Below are positions 29,503 to 41,739 of a DNA stretch of 64,000 nucleotides, piece by piece. Under the pieces are notes generated by a model that was given only the letters and a program-made list of their open reading frames with translations, was not told where the DNA came from and ran no database searches. The stretch's first letter is position 1; every line of letters starts with the position of its first letter. The stretch lies in the NCBI RefSeq assembly GCF_009914755.1, contig NC_060935.1. One strand, 5' to 3'. Source of the DNA: the human T2T-CHM13v2.0 reference genome, Homo sapiens. Both the position numbers and the translations under genes were made by a program.

Positions 29503-30742
29503 GTATATCCAAAGTTTAAAAAGAAGCCTATGTTGAGATAAGCTCATAGGAATTCCTGTAAATGTAGGAGGCTCCCAGCATCCTTCTCTGAGCCTTTCCT
29601 CCTTCCCAGGGGCACCTGGACTGAAGAAAGTCCTCTAATGCTTTCCTTCAGACTGAACCAGCCTAGCCACTGATTGGCTGGCAGCAAAGTCATTGAGGCT
29701 TTGTACTAACTTGTAGGGACATGTATTTCTGAATCCTGGGATCTCTAAGCTCTAAGACTGTAAAGTAATTCTTTAAAAACAAATCATCATTTATTGTCAT
29801 ATTTTTATAAGAATATGCCATAACTTCTATTTGTTTAAATTTAAGGGCCAGGTTTAATTGTCTCTGGGATATGAAACACTACCATCAAATTTCTGTTTTA
29901 ATGTATCTGTGTTACTTCTACATAATTTAAGGTAGTTTGTTGGTGGGAGTAATGTGTTCACATTGACACATCCACAGTTTCTCACCAACAGCTATTTTTG
30001 ACCAAAAGTGCACAAAAAGGCCTTGCCCAAGGTCACAAAGCTACTTGTTAATATAGATTAGAATATAGTAGCCTGATTCCCCATTCAGCTACTCTTTCCC
30101 CTACCAGTTTTGCTTTCTTCTCCTAAAGATGTCTTAGTATGCTCTCCATTTTTAATGAATGCAGGTCATTTGGTTGCACCACAATGCACAGAATCAAAAG
30201 TCAGTAGACAGTGGAGGAGTGGGAGTCACCATCATGTAAACTCAGTTTGCTTTGGTCATTGTTAGGTCATGAGCTCAGCCCGTGTGAAGCTCTCTTTTAT
30301 TTTTGGAGATTCAGCCAGGCTTAAACTATTCTCAACAAGTGAAATATTAAGAAAATACCTTCTAAGTCACTCAATTTTTATTTACATAAACTTGTTTATG
30401 CCTTGATTTGTTCTCTGTAGAGTGGTATAAATCTGACTACCTCTCCAATGAGACTGTATTTCCCTTCATAAAGAGATTATGCTGAATAAACAAACAAAAC
30501 ACTGCCACCAAGATACGGCTTTAAAACTGCTATTTCTCTGTTCTCGCTCTCTTTGTAGAAGGATTTCTCAGTTATCTGAATTTTGGGTCTAGAATGGTAG
30601 GACACTGCTAGGGGTGAGTGAGATTGTTGCATGTTTACTAGACAGATGAAAATATCAGTGACCTAAAGATCTTCTGGAAACATTTAAAAAATCAGCTTAT
30701 CTTTTAACTAACCAAAGGTTATTTTCTTATCACCTTTTAAAG

Positions 30743-30882
30743 CCATTAATGGAAAGATTTTTGGGAATCTCCATGGCCTCATAATGAACGAAGATACAAT
30801 GACAAACTGGTATTTGTTAGGGATAGGAAGTGAAGTGGACATACATACCATCCATTATCATGCTGAGAGCTTTCTTTTCAAA
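30743..30882 (+). CDS. HEPHL1: HEPHL1 exon 17
   Basis: Not in the ORF track; acceptor caccttttaaag; AINGKIFGNLHGL...EVDIHTIHYHAESFLFK (HxxHxH copper ligands); donor AAA|gtaagt; 140 nt, phase 1->0. Confidence 0.95.
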
Positions 30883-31008
30883 GTAAGTATAAGGAAAGTG
30901 CTTTGGGAAAGACGTTTTTGAACTAACAAATTCAATGTATTTCCAGTGGAAAATAAGAGTTACTTGGCAATAATGCTTGTGAGGATAGGTGAGAATGGAA
31001 CAGAATAA

Positions 31009-31345
<337 letters not shown>

Positions 31346-32149
31346 TGGCTATTTCTTAATATGTATATGTGTATTATTGTGCTTATAAAAATCTCTCCAA
31401 GCCTCAGGTGAGAGTTTTCTCATTAGTGATCTGGGGATAACTCTGACCACCCTGGAATATGCTGTTAATATTGTATATGAAACCACGGACACTGACAGCA
31501 TTCGTCCCTTTTCCTCACCCTTCCTTTTTTCTTTCCCTTTCCTTCTCCCCACCCTTTTCTTTTTCTGTGTGATTAGCTAACAGAATAGCTCTATCCAGTA
31601 AAGGAGCTATTTTGAGCTCTGGCCTAAGCCCTGAAACTTTATCTTGACTTTTGCCCTAGTGAGCTGGGCTGGACCATGTGTGACTTTCTACCCTCTAGCA
31701 TCAAGCTGTACCATATGGGTGGTGCTCACTGTACAGCAGAGCCATCTGGGGAACTATGTAAAAACCCAACTGCCAGGCCCGACCCAGACCTGCTGAATCA
31801 GAATCTCCATGGAAAGGTCCAAATAGTCTGTCATCCGAAGTTCTCAGTGCTTTCTACAAGGAAGTGGAATAGAAAAGAACAATCATATCCAATGTGTGGA
31901 GAAAACTGGAATTGATCTTTTCTAGTTAGACACGAATAAACGGTAACTTTAATAAAACATTTAATATCCTTTCTCCTTTGTATATTTCAACGTTGTTTAC
32001 GACACCAAGTATTAGCCTGCTATGATTAGAGTTTCACATATTAAATGGCTATGCTGCTTTTCAGAATTTGGCTTTTTTAAACTCACATTTTAAAAATTAT
32101 ATTAAAAATTTATAAAATTTAATACACAAAATTATAAAAATTTACATAT

Positions 32150-34980
32150 ACACTTTAAAAATAAGATATAATTTACATTGAATACAATTCACCATATTTA
32201 GTGTACAGTTCTCTTTTGATAAGCACATACAGTAGTGTAACGAACAACAATCACAATATAGAATACTTTTATTTCCCCCACAAATTTTCCCATTGCACCC
32301 TCTAGTGTCAACTACTTCCCCATACTTAACACTTGTCAACCACTGTCTCTATAGTTTTGCCTTTTTTGAAAGGTTATGTGGAAATCATAGGTTGTAGCAT
32401 CTTGAATCTGGCTTGTTTGATTTAACATAGGCATTCAAATTGCATCCATCTTGTTATGTGTATCAGTGGTTTGTTTCTTGTGACTGTTGAGTAGTATTCC
32501 ATTGTAAGGATATAATGCAGTTTGTTTATCTATTCTCCTGTTGAGGAACATTTGAGTTATTTTCAAGTTTGTTTATTACAAATCAAGTCATTACAAACAT
32601 TTGTGCACGTTTTTGTGTGAACATATGTTTTCATTTTCCTTGAGAAAATACCTAGAAGTAGGATTGCTAAGCCATGTGATAAGTGTATGTTTGATTTCAT
32701 AAGAAACCACCAAACTGTTTTCCAAAAAGGCAGTATCATTTTGCATTTCCAAGGAAATATACGAGAACTCCATATGTTGCACATCCACATATGCAGTTGG
32801 TATTTTTAGTTTTTATTTCATTTTTTTCCCTTAGGCATTCCCTCCTTGGGGAGGGGATATAGTGGTATCTCATTGTTTTTCATTTACATTTTCCCAGTGG
32901 CTAATGATATTGAGCATCTTTTCATGTGTTTGTTTACCATCTGTCATCTGTAAATCTTTGGTGAAGTGTCCAAATTGTAAGCCCATTTAAAAAAATTGGG
33001 TTACTTGTTTCCTTATTGTAGAGTTTGAGGGCTTTATATATTCTGGATACAAATCCTTTTTCAGTGATGTGACTCACAAATATTTGCTTCCAGTTTGTGG
33101 CTTATCTTTTCATTCTCTTAACAGCTTTCAAATAGAAGTTCTTAATTTTTGATGAAGTAAAATGAAGTACAATTTTTCTTTTTTCTCTTTTATAGATCAT
33201 ACTTTTGGTGTCATGTATAAAAAATTTTGGCCTTACTGAAGGTCCCAAAAAAGGTCTCTGTTTTCTTTTAGAAGTGGTATAGTTTTAGATTTAGGGCTCT
33301 GATACATTTTAATTTTCATATGTGGTTCAAGATATGAAATAAGCTTCATTTTTTTTTCATATATATGTCCAAATGTTCCATCACCACTCATTGAAAAGAT
33401 CATCTTTTTTTCCCACAGAATTGACTCTTTACTTTTGTGAAAATCATATTGACCACATATATGTGGGTCTATGTCTGGGCGGTCTCTTCTGTTACACTGG
33501 TTTATACTCTGCCCTTTCTTGAATGCCACAATGTTTTGATTACTTTAGTATTATAGTAAGTCTCAAAATCAGATGGTGATTGTTTTAGCTATTCTAGATG
33601 TTTGCCTTCCCAGATAAATTTTAGAAATAATTTGTTGATTTTGATTTTTAAAATCCTGTTGGGATTTTGATTGGTATTGCACTGAATCTATACAATGGGT
33701 TGGACAGAACTGACATAACAATATTGAGGCTTCCAATCCATGAACATGGTATATCTATCGTTTAGCTCTTCTTTGATTTCTTTCATCAGCATTTTGTAGT
33801 TTTCAATATAGAGATCTTGCATATACTTTGTTTTATTTATTTATAACTAAGTATATAAAAGGCTTTGGTAATAGTGTAAATGATAGTGTTTTTATTTTGA
33901 TTTATAGTTGTTTATTGCCAATATTTAGAAATATAATTGATATTTGCATGTTGACCTTGCATCCTGCATCTTTGCTAAACTCACTTTAGTTCCAATAGTT
34001 TTCCTATAGATTTTAGGGGGATTTTCTATGCAGACAATCATGTTGTCTGTGAATAGACATGGCTTCATTTATTTTCAATCTGTATGTCTTTTATTTCTTT
34101 TGTCTTACTGCAATGGCTAGGACCTGTAGTGCAATTTTGAATATGAGTGGTGAAAGTGGACATCCTCAGTTTGTTCTTAATCTTACAAGGGGAGCATTTA
34201 GTCATTCACCTTTGAATATAAAGTTAGCTGCAGCTTTTTTGTGGATCCCATTATGAGGTTGAGGAAATTTCCTTCTAAATTTGCTCAGAGTTTTGATCAT
34301 CAACAAATGTTAAATTCTATCAAATGGTTTTTCTGCATCTATTGAGATGATCAGATGCTTTTTCTTCTTTAATCTGTTGCTGAATTACATTTATTGATTT
34401 TGGAGTTTTTAAACACTTTTTCATTCCCAGGATAAACCTTACTTGGTCATGATGTATTATTCCTTTTTGTGGAATTGATTTGCTAGTATTTTGTTATGGA
34501 TGATGGTATCTATGTTCATGAGGAGTATTGATTGTAGCTTTTTTTCCTCACAAAGCATTTGTTTAGTTTTGGTATCACAGTAATGCTGGCCTCATAAAAT
34601 GAGTTGGAACTGTTCTTTCCTCTTCTATTTTCCAGAACAGTTTGTTTACAATTGGTATTATTTCTCCATTAAATGTTTGGTAGAATTTGCCAATAAAGCC
34701 ATCTGGAGTTTAATTTGTTGGAATATCTTGAAGCAATTACAGTTTCTTTAATAGATATAGTGCTATCCAGGTTATCAATGTATTCTTGAGTAATCTTCAG
34801 GAGTTTGTGTCTTTTAAGGGATTTGTTCATACCATCTAAGTTGTACAATTTTTGGATAAGAGGTGTTTGTCCAGTATTTCCTTTTTAATATTTGTAAGAT
34901 TTTAGTGATGTCCTCACTTTCATTCTCAGTATTTTTAATGTGTCCTTTTCCCTTTTCCCTTGGTTAGTCTGTCCAGAGAT
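32150..34980 (-). mobile_element. Old L1M (L1MB/MC-like) long fragment
   Basis: T-rich sequence with degenerate ORF2 similarity (FWKTVWWFL, HICGQYDFHK); resumes at ~35444-35590 after the MLT1 insertion. Confidence 0.8.
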
Positions 34981-34981
34981 T

Positions 34982-35443
34982 TGTATTAGTTATCTATTGC
35001 TGCATAACAAATTACTCTAAACTTAGAGTAATTCTTGGATCAGGAATTTGGGATTAGTTTAACTAGTTGGTTGATTCAGAATCTTTCATGAGGAGGCAAT
35101 CAAGATGTCGACTGGAGCTGCAGTTTTCAAAGGTTTGACTGGAGCTGGAGGATCCACTTCCAAACTTACTGATATGGTTGTTAACTAGAGGGTTCAGCTC
35201 CTGATCATGTGGATAAGACATGAAAACTGGCTTCCTCCAGTGAGTAATCCAAGAGAAGAGGGTGACAGAGTATCTAACACAGAAGTAATGATAACCTAAT
35301 CTTGGAATTGGAATGCCAGCACTTCTTCCACATGCTATTGATTTCGCATACCAACCCTTATACAATGTAGGTAGGAACCACAAAGGTTATGAATACCAGG
35401 AGGTGGGGATCATTGTGGGCCATCATGGAAGCTGGCTACTACA
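34982..35443 (-). mobile_element. MLT1 (MaLR) LTR nested in L1M
   Basis: tgtattagttatctattgctgcataacaaattac ... gaataccaggaggtggggatcatt..ggccatc..ggctggctactaca. Confidence 0.8.
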
Positions 35444-35651
35444 GAATTTATTGATTTTATTGATCTGTTCAAAGAATCAGTTTTAGATTTCTTTGACTTA
35501 TCTCTATTGTACTTCTATTCTTGATTCCTGCTCTTTCTTATGTCCTTCCTTTTGCTTACTGTGGGTTTTATTTGTTTTTGCTCTTCTTTCTGTTCTTGCT
35601 GTTCTGAGCAAAGAAGTCTACTAGCTGTTGTTTTTTAAAACGTTTTTGCAG

Positions 35652-35814
35652 ATAGATAAATCTTACCGAGAAGATGTGTATGATCTCTTTCCTGGGACAT
35701 TCCAAACCATTGAACTGTTTGCAGATCACCCAGGGACATGGCTGCTACACTGTCATGTGTCTGACCACATCCATGCTGGCATGGAGACAACCTACACGGT
35801 CCTTCGTAACATAG
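35652..35814 (+). CDS. HEPHL1: HEPHL1 exon 18
   Basis: Acceptor cgtttttgcag; ...[18 protein letters not shown]..., the multicopper oxidase HCHxxxHxxxGM signature. Counting back from the C-terminus of the 1159-aa protein puts this Met at residue 1059, the known HEPHL1 Cu-ligand Met. Donor TAG|gtacgg; 163 nt, phase 0->1. Confidence 0.97.
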
Positions 35815-36285
35815 GTACGGTTGTCTGTCAGTGATGCCAGATGATGGCACCGAGCTTCCTGTAGACCCCCAAAACAGGAGGCATGACAAAAACCCAGATA
35901 TAGCCCTCAACAAGCTCAGAGTCAAGTAAGAGAGACATATATGTAAATATGTAACTATAATCAAGTATGCTATGTGCCGTAGCAGAATGCAGAGTACAGG
36001 GCTTAATAGCAGCAGTAGGAGTGAATGGGTAACAGTTGGAGGATATGAGCCAAAGTTTCACAGAGGCCATGATGCTCCAGATAGACTCAGTGGGTGAGCA
36101 GAAGTGGGAAAGACAGCTGGGGCAGGAAAGCATGTACATGGGAATGAAGTAGCACAGTAAGAATCCAGAAATGATTGGCAGATACTGATGGGATAAGTCC
36201 TCGCTGGTGAAATGAAATGACTAGTGTCATGAAAAGAATCCCCTTCTGTTGTTAATAAAACAATGAACTTGTTTTCTTTGTGCAG

Positions 36286-36354
36286 ACAACAGGATTCCTT
36301 ACTCCACCACATCTCCTGGAGTGGCATCTCACCCAGCCACGGTGCCATCTAACG
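36286..36354 (+). CDS. HEPHL1: HEPHL1 exon 19 (Ser/Thr/Pro-rich stalk)
   Basis: Acceptor gttttctttgtgcag; DNRIPYSTTSPGVASHPATVPSN; donor ACG|gtaatg; 69 nt, phase 1->1. Confidence 0.9.
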
Positions 36355-36440
36355 GTAATGATACCCTCTCCCCATGTAAATGAGTCAACATTTCACCCCT
36401 CAAAAATGTCAGGGGCCTGACAAGTTTATCTTTTTCACAG

Positions 36441-36643
36441 AACGACCTGGCAAAGAGCAGCTCTATTTCTTTGGCAAGAATCTGGGTCCAACAGGAGCCA
36501 AGGCAGCCTTGGTCATCCTTTTCATCATTGGACTCCTCCTTCTAATCACCACGGTGATTCTCTCCCTCAGACTCTGCTCTGCAATGAAGCAGACAGATTA
36601 CCAGCAAGTCCAGTCCTGTGCTCTCCCCACGGATGCTCTGTGA
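36441..36643 (+). CDS. HEPHL1: HEPHL1 terminal exon 20, coding part (TM helix + cytoplasmic tail)
   Basis: Acceptor ctttttcacag; ERPGKEQLYFFGKNLGPTGAKAALVILFIIGLLLLITTVILSLRLC...ALPTDAL*, stop TGA at 36641-36643. Confidence 0.95.
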
Positions 36644-38510
36644 ACCATCTGGTCTCCCTCAACAGGAAAGGGTGATGTCCCACAGCTGGCCAGATGGCAG
36701 CCAACAGGGAAACTGGACCAAGGCATCACTCACCAAGGAAGGTTGACACTGTATCCTGGATCAGCCTTCTGATCCTCTCAAACATCATCCAAAGCAATTT
36801 GCTTTTATTTATTTATTTTTAAATGGGCTGCGAATAATCCTCAGGTATAAAACACAGAAAAAGGAGAATGGGCATGGCTGAGAATGTCAACTCTTAGTCT
36901 ATTCTTTGGTTGGATTCACTGAATAGGAGACACTGTGAAAGATATCTTTATATTCCATCTTTTATAATTCTTGAACAGTGCTTTCTTAGCTAACCACCAA
37001 AGTTTCTAGGTGAACAGCTTCTAGAAAAAGTTAGAGTGCCTCAGACATTTAACTGGAAGGGCACTACTTTTTCAACATTGTTGCATAACATGCGTCCCTT
37101 GGTTCTGTGGAAAATATCTTTCTTAGGAGTTCTTGGCAATGTCTAAGTCAGTGTCTGCTGATAGAATTAGACCAAATAAATTTTTTGGAGGCTTTAACCA
37201 GCTCTCCTGGCCTTTTCCTCTTTGATATAAATAGCCTGTGCAGTGCTTGTTTTAAAAAGCAAAGTTATACGTTTTTTAAAAAATTGCTGCTGTTTTTATT
37301 CAAACCTGTAGAAATACTTGAATGTTTACAACTCACTTCATGTTACATGTTTTTACAATATGTTTCTGTGGCAATGTTTGTACTTTCAAAAATCAAGTAG
37401 AGAAATTGTATTTCTACTGCAGACTGTGGGAGGGCTGAAATCTGTAAAAGAACATGTTAGGCTCTCCCTTTATGAATCAGGGACTCCCTGAGAGTTTAGA
37501 GCAAGCTTTCTATCAGGGAGGGAAGCTTTGCAGGAGGCAAGTCTGGGCTTGAATTTGGAGTCTGATTTTTCATTCAGTTAGAGGGAATCTTTACAAGTCC
37601 TCATCTTCTATGAAATTATAACATTCTCATTGTATGAGAAACATCAGGAGGAATTTATCAATGTAGGTGACTAGATAGGAGAAGGGACCTCTAAATATCC
37701 TAGATTCTATGGCTTTTAAAGACATACCTCTTCATGGAAGGAGAAAAAAGGAAAAGGAAAGGTGAGAAAAAGATAATCTTGGTGGCAGATTCTCTTAAAC
37801 CATTAAACCAGCTTTGAAAATTAATAAATAATTTCCAAGGTTCAAATGCAAAAAAATTATTGAACAACTAAACTCAACCCATTATGAGGCAATCTACACT
37901 GTCCATACCTATGCTTAGACAGTAGGTGTAAGATTGATAAAAGTAACATTGTTTATTACAAGACTGAGAAATTGCTTTTAGCTCTGGGCGAGATGCCCTG
38001 AGATTCCAATGCCAATGCTAGATGAGTGATACTGGTATGCCTGCCTTAGCAGTGGGTAATTTGAATGTCAAAGTGAGTGACAAGGACCTAAGAAATATTC
38101 TGGTGGAGGGACCTTTCACACTGTCTCATCTTCATCTTCATGAGGGGAAATGGGTAATTGGATAGAAGCTATAGTCTTAACATAAAAGGGGATGCAAATG
38201 CTAATAGTTCTGTTCATAGTTTGCTTGAATGTCATATCAAACAGCATACACAAAAGATTTTGAATTTCAATCTGCTAACCATTGACAATGTGATTTCATA
38301 GTACATGTTCTACAGTTTTCATACATGTGTAGGCTGCATAATTTCATAATTATGGTAAATGCCTTATTTATTACCCACCTTAGTAAGACAAGTTGTTCAG
38401 TTGTTTTTTTTTCTTTTCAGTTTATTTTTTTAATGAAAACAAAACCACAAAGTAGTTTGATTGCATCATTTATCATTTTAATAAAGTGTCACATAAGGTG
38501 GCTATTTGCA
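36644..38510 (+). other. HEPHL1: HEPHL1 3' UTR (approximate end)
   Basis: AT-rich, repeat-poor sequence after the stop; AATAAA at 37175, 37823 and 38480. The end position is inferred from the distal signal. Confidence 0.6.
38480..38485 (+). terminator. Probable distal HEPHL1 polyadenylation signal
   Basis: AATAAA with U-rich upstream sequence and GU/U-rich downstream sequence (ggctatttgcatggttattttc). Confidence 0.55.
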
Positions 38511-39372
38511 TGGTTATTTTCACTTAAAATTATCTATCACTGAACTAGGGGAGGTGGTTAAAGTGGAATTAATTTTTAGATATTTAGGGGCTATGACTAT
38601 GCCAATGACACTTGTTAGAGGAAATGAAACAAAATAGTGTATCTCCACAAATAATATGACTTCTCAAACATTGTTTCCTCAAACATAACTACACTCCTTG
38701 TTCTCAGCCTCACTCTTGAGAAAATCAACTCTGCCTTCACTTACACACATATTTCTTCCTATTACAATACACGTGTCCCTGCTCCTAGCAGGACAGTCTC
38801 TTCATTTGACTTTGGGTCTCATTGCTTCTTGCTTTCTCAAGACTTCATTCCCTTGGGTATCCATTTTTCCTCCTGCATCTTTCTATGAAACCATCAGCAA
38901 TGTCCACCATTAAAAACAGAAAGCAATGTGCTGTCTTATTTAACTCTATAACCCCCTCCGACACAGTTTCTCTCTTCCTTTGATAGCAGAACATAGAGGT
39001 ATTCACACTTGGTGCCTGTACTACCTCACCCCATGCATTCCTCAGCCCATTCTGATGGCTTTCAATCCAGCGTGCCCAGCCCCCACACCCCAATCTGCTG
39101 TGGTAGAGATCACCAATCATGATGCCATTTCCAGTGGCTTCTTCTCCATCTTTATCTTACTCAACCTCTCAGCAACAAGAAACAGCTCCTTCCTTCTGAA
39201 CACTCGGAGTCTCTAGTCCCTTGGCTCTGCAACATGACTCTCTGCCAGCCTTCCTTCTTCCTCAATGACTATTCCTTCTCAATCTCTTTTTCTAGTTCCT
39301 TCTCTTCTGTCTGACCTAAATGTTAGCATGCCTCAGAACTTGACACTGGGTCCTTTTTCGCTTTTTACCCTC

Positions 39373-39826
39373 TGTGGTAGGCTGAATATTGCCCCAAAGA
39401 TGTCATGTCCTAATCCCTGAACCTGTGAATGTCACCCTATGTGGCAAAAGGGACTTTGCAGGTATGATTAAGGATCTTGAAGATAGGAAATTTATACTGG
39501 ATTATCCATAATGGCCCTATATGTAATCATGAGTGTCCTTATGAAAGAGAGGCAGTGGGAGATTTGGCTACAGAAGAAGGCAATATGACAACCAAGACAA
39601 GATGCCATGCTGCTGGCTTTGGAGATGGAGGAAAGGGCCATGGGCCAGGGAATGCAAGGAATGCATCTCCAGAAGCTGGGAAAGGTAAGGGAAAGGATTT
39701 TCCTCTAGAGCCTCCAGAGAGAGGTTGGCCTTGCAGATATCTTGAAACTGATTTTGGACTTCAGAGGTCCAGAACTGTAAGAGAAGAAATGTGTGCCAAC
39801 AAGTTTGTGGTAATGTGTTACCAGCC
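39373..39826 (+). mobile_element. MLT1D-like MaLR LTR
   Basis: tgtggtaggctgaat..ccccaaagatgtc, ggcaaaagggactttgcagg, cctctagagcctccaga, ccagaactgtaaga. Confidence 0.8.
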
Positions 39827-40318
39827 ACTCCATAGTTTATTTTATCCATCCTTATGATCGGAAAACCATTTTTATGCAAACAAATTCAAAATGTATTTCT
39901 CTAACCCTGACCTTGGGCTGCAGATTCACACAAATCCTGCTTGAGTAGGGCCACTGCAGCAGTCCCCAAACCAGCCTCTCCATCATCACTACTGCTCCTT
40001 TCCACCACTGTCCACACATTGCCTCACGTTTTTCCAAATTTCATCACTTTCCTGGTTACTACCCTTTACTGTCTTCCCATTTCACTTTTAATAACATCCA
40101 AACTCTTTACCTTGGTCTTTAAGACCCAGCTTGACTTGGCCCATGCCCACTCCTCCAACTTCTTGAACTCTGCTCCAGCTTTCATCCGCTCCTATACTCT
40201 GCTAGTTCTTTCTTGCCTCAGGGCCTTTGCACATGCTGCTTTCTATGCCTGGAATGCTCTCCCTCCCTAGCTTCCTCATTCCCTCTCTGTATTAGTCGGG
40301 GTTCTCTTAGAGGGACAG

Positions 40319-40321
<3 letters not shown>

Positions 40322-40381
<60 letters not shown>
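40322..40381. repeat. (AT)30 microsatellite
   Basis: Pure 60-nt run. Confidence 0.97.
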
Positions 40382-40384
<3 letters not shown>

Positions 40385-40450
40385 AGAGGATAATAATACC
40401 GGTCTTGTGCTTTAAGATGATTAATCTGCCAGTCATGTGTAGAATAGATC
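40381..40450 (+). repeat. Dispersed local repeat, copy A
   Basis: tgtaagaggataataataccggtcttgtgctttaagatgattaatctgccagtcatgtgtagaatagatc; 63/70 identical, ungapped, to 41979-42048. Confidence 0.93.
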
Positions 40451-41354
40451 ATTTTATATATATATATAATATATAATGATATATAAACTCATTTTATATG
40501 TATATAATGATATAAAAACTCATTTTATATATATATATAAGTTCATTAAGTATTAACTTACATGATCACAGGGTCCCACAATAGGCTATCTGCAAGCTGA
40601 GGAGAAAGGAGAGCCAGTCCAAGTCCCAAATCTGGAGAACTTGGAATCTGATGTTCGAGGGCAGGGAGCATCCAGCATGGGAGAAAGATGTACGCTGAGA
40701 GGCTAAGCCCATCTCTCCCTCTCACATTTTTCTGCCTGCTTTATATTCACTGGCAGCTGATTAAATTGTGACCAATGGATTACGGGTGGATCTGCCTTCC
40801 CCAGCCCACTGACTCAAATGTTAATCTCTTTTGGCAACACCCACACAGACACACCCAGGATTAATACTTTGTAGCCCTCAATCCAATCAAGTTGACACTC
40901 AGTATTCAATATCATATTCTCCTAGCTTTTCTAGTTCACATGTGGGTTCCCCTGAATTCCCTCTCTAAAGTGGGTCCTTCCCTCTGTTATTTACTATCTT
41001 CACTGTTTTCCTTTGCAGCACTTATTACAGGACATAATCATTTTATGTCTGTTGGCTTAAGTTTTGTCTGCCTCTTTGGCTGGAATGTAGCTCTGTGGAA
41101 GCAAGGATGCCTGACCTGTTTGGCTCAATGTTGCATCCCCAGCAGAGATCATAGTACAAATACATAATAGTTTATCAGCAAATATTCATTGAATGAATGA
41201 ATATATAAAGAGATTAGGCAGTCTACTGAACTTCACTATTTTGACTTAGACTATTTTGGTTGCAAAACTCTCATATTCAAATGTCAAGGTTCTCAAACAA
41301 GTAAAACAGAGTTCTGAGAGACTGCCTATGAGTTTCACAACCTACCTTGGCTTC

Positions 41355-41669
41355 TTTTTTGTTTGTTTAAGACAGAGTCTTGCTCTGTTTCCCAGGCTGG
41401 AGTGCAATGGCACAATCTTGGCTCACTGCCATCTCCACCTCCTGGTTTCAAGCGATTCTCTTGCCTCGGCCTCCTGAGTAGCTGGGATTACAGGCATGTG
41501 CCACCATGCCTGGCTAACGCCTGGCTAGCTTTTGTATTTTTAGTAGAGACATGGTCAGCCAGGCTGGTCATGTTGGCCAGGCTGGTCTCGAACTCCTGGC
41601 TTCAAGTCATCCACTGGCCTCGGCTTCTTAAAGTTTTGGGACTGCAGACATGAGCCACCACACCTGGCC
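41355..41669 (-). mobile_element. AluS/J with internal short duplications
   Basis: Antisense Alu; TSD accttggcttc on both sides. Confidence 0.9.
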
Positions 41670-41739
41670 TCCACCTTGGCTTCCTTCTAACAAATGACAC
41701 TGGGACAAGGGGAGAGGCAGGTGGACATGGGAGGAGGAT

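Larger units (their letters stand above)
40288..40914 (-). mobile_element. MLT2A (ERVL) LTR, interrupted by (AT)30 and a foreign 70-bp segment
   Basis: tgtattagtcggggttctcttagagggacagaa ... ggtcccacaataggc, gttcgagggcagg, ccactgactcaaatgttaatctc, caagttgacactcagtatt. Confidence 0.88.

Noticed and set aside
36965-37255. CAGTG loops in the HEPHL1 3' UTR as iron-responsive elements
   Set aside because: At ~36976, ~37150 and ~37240 the flanking 5-bp upper stems do not pair, so no canonical IRE hairpin forms.
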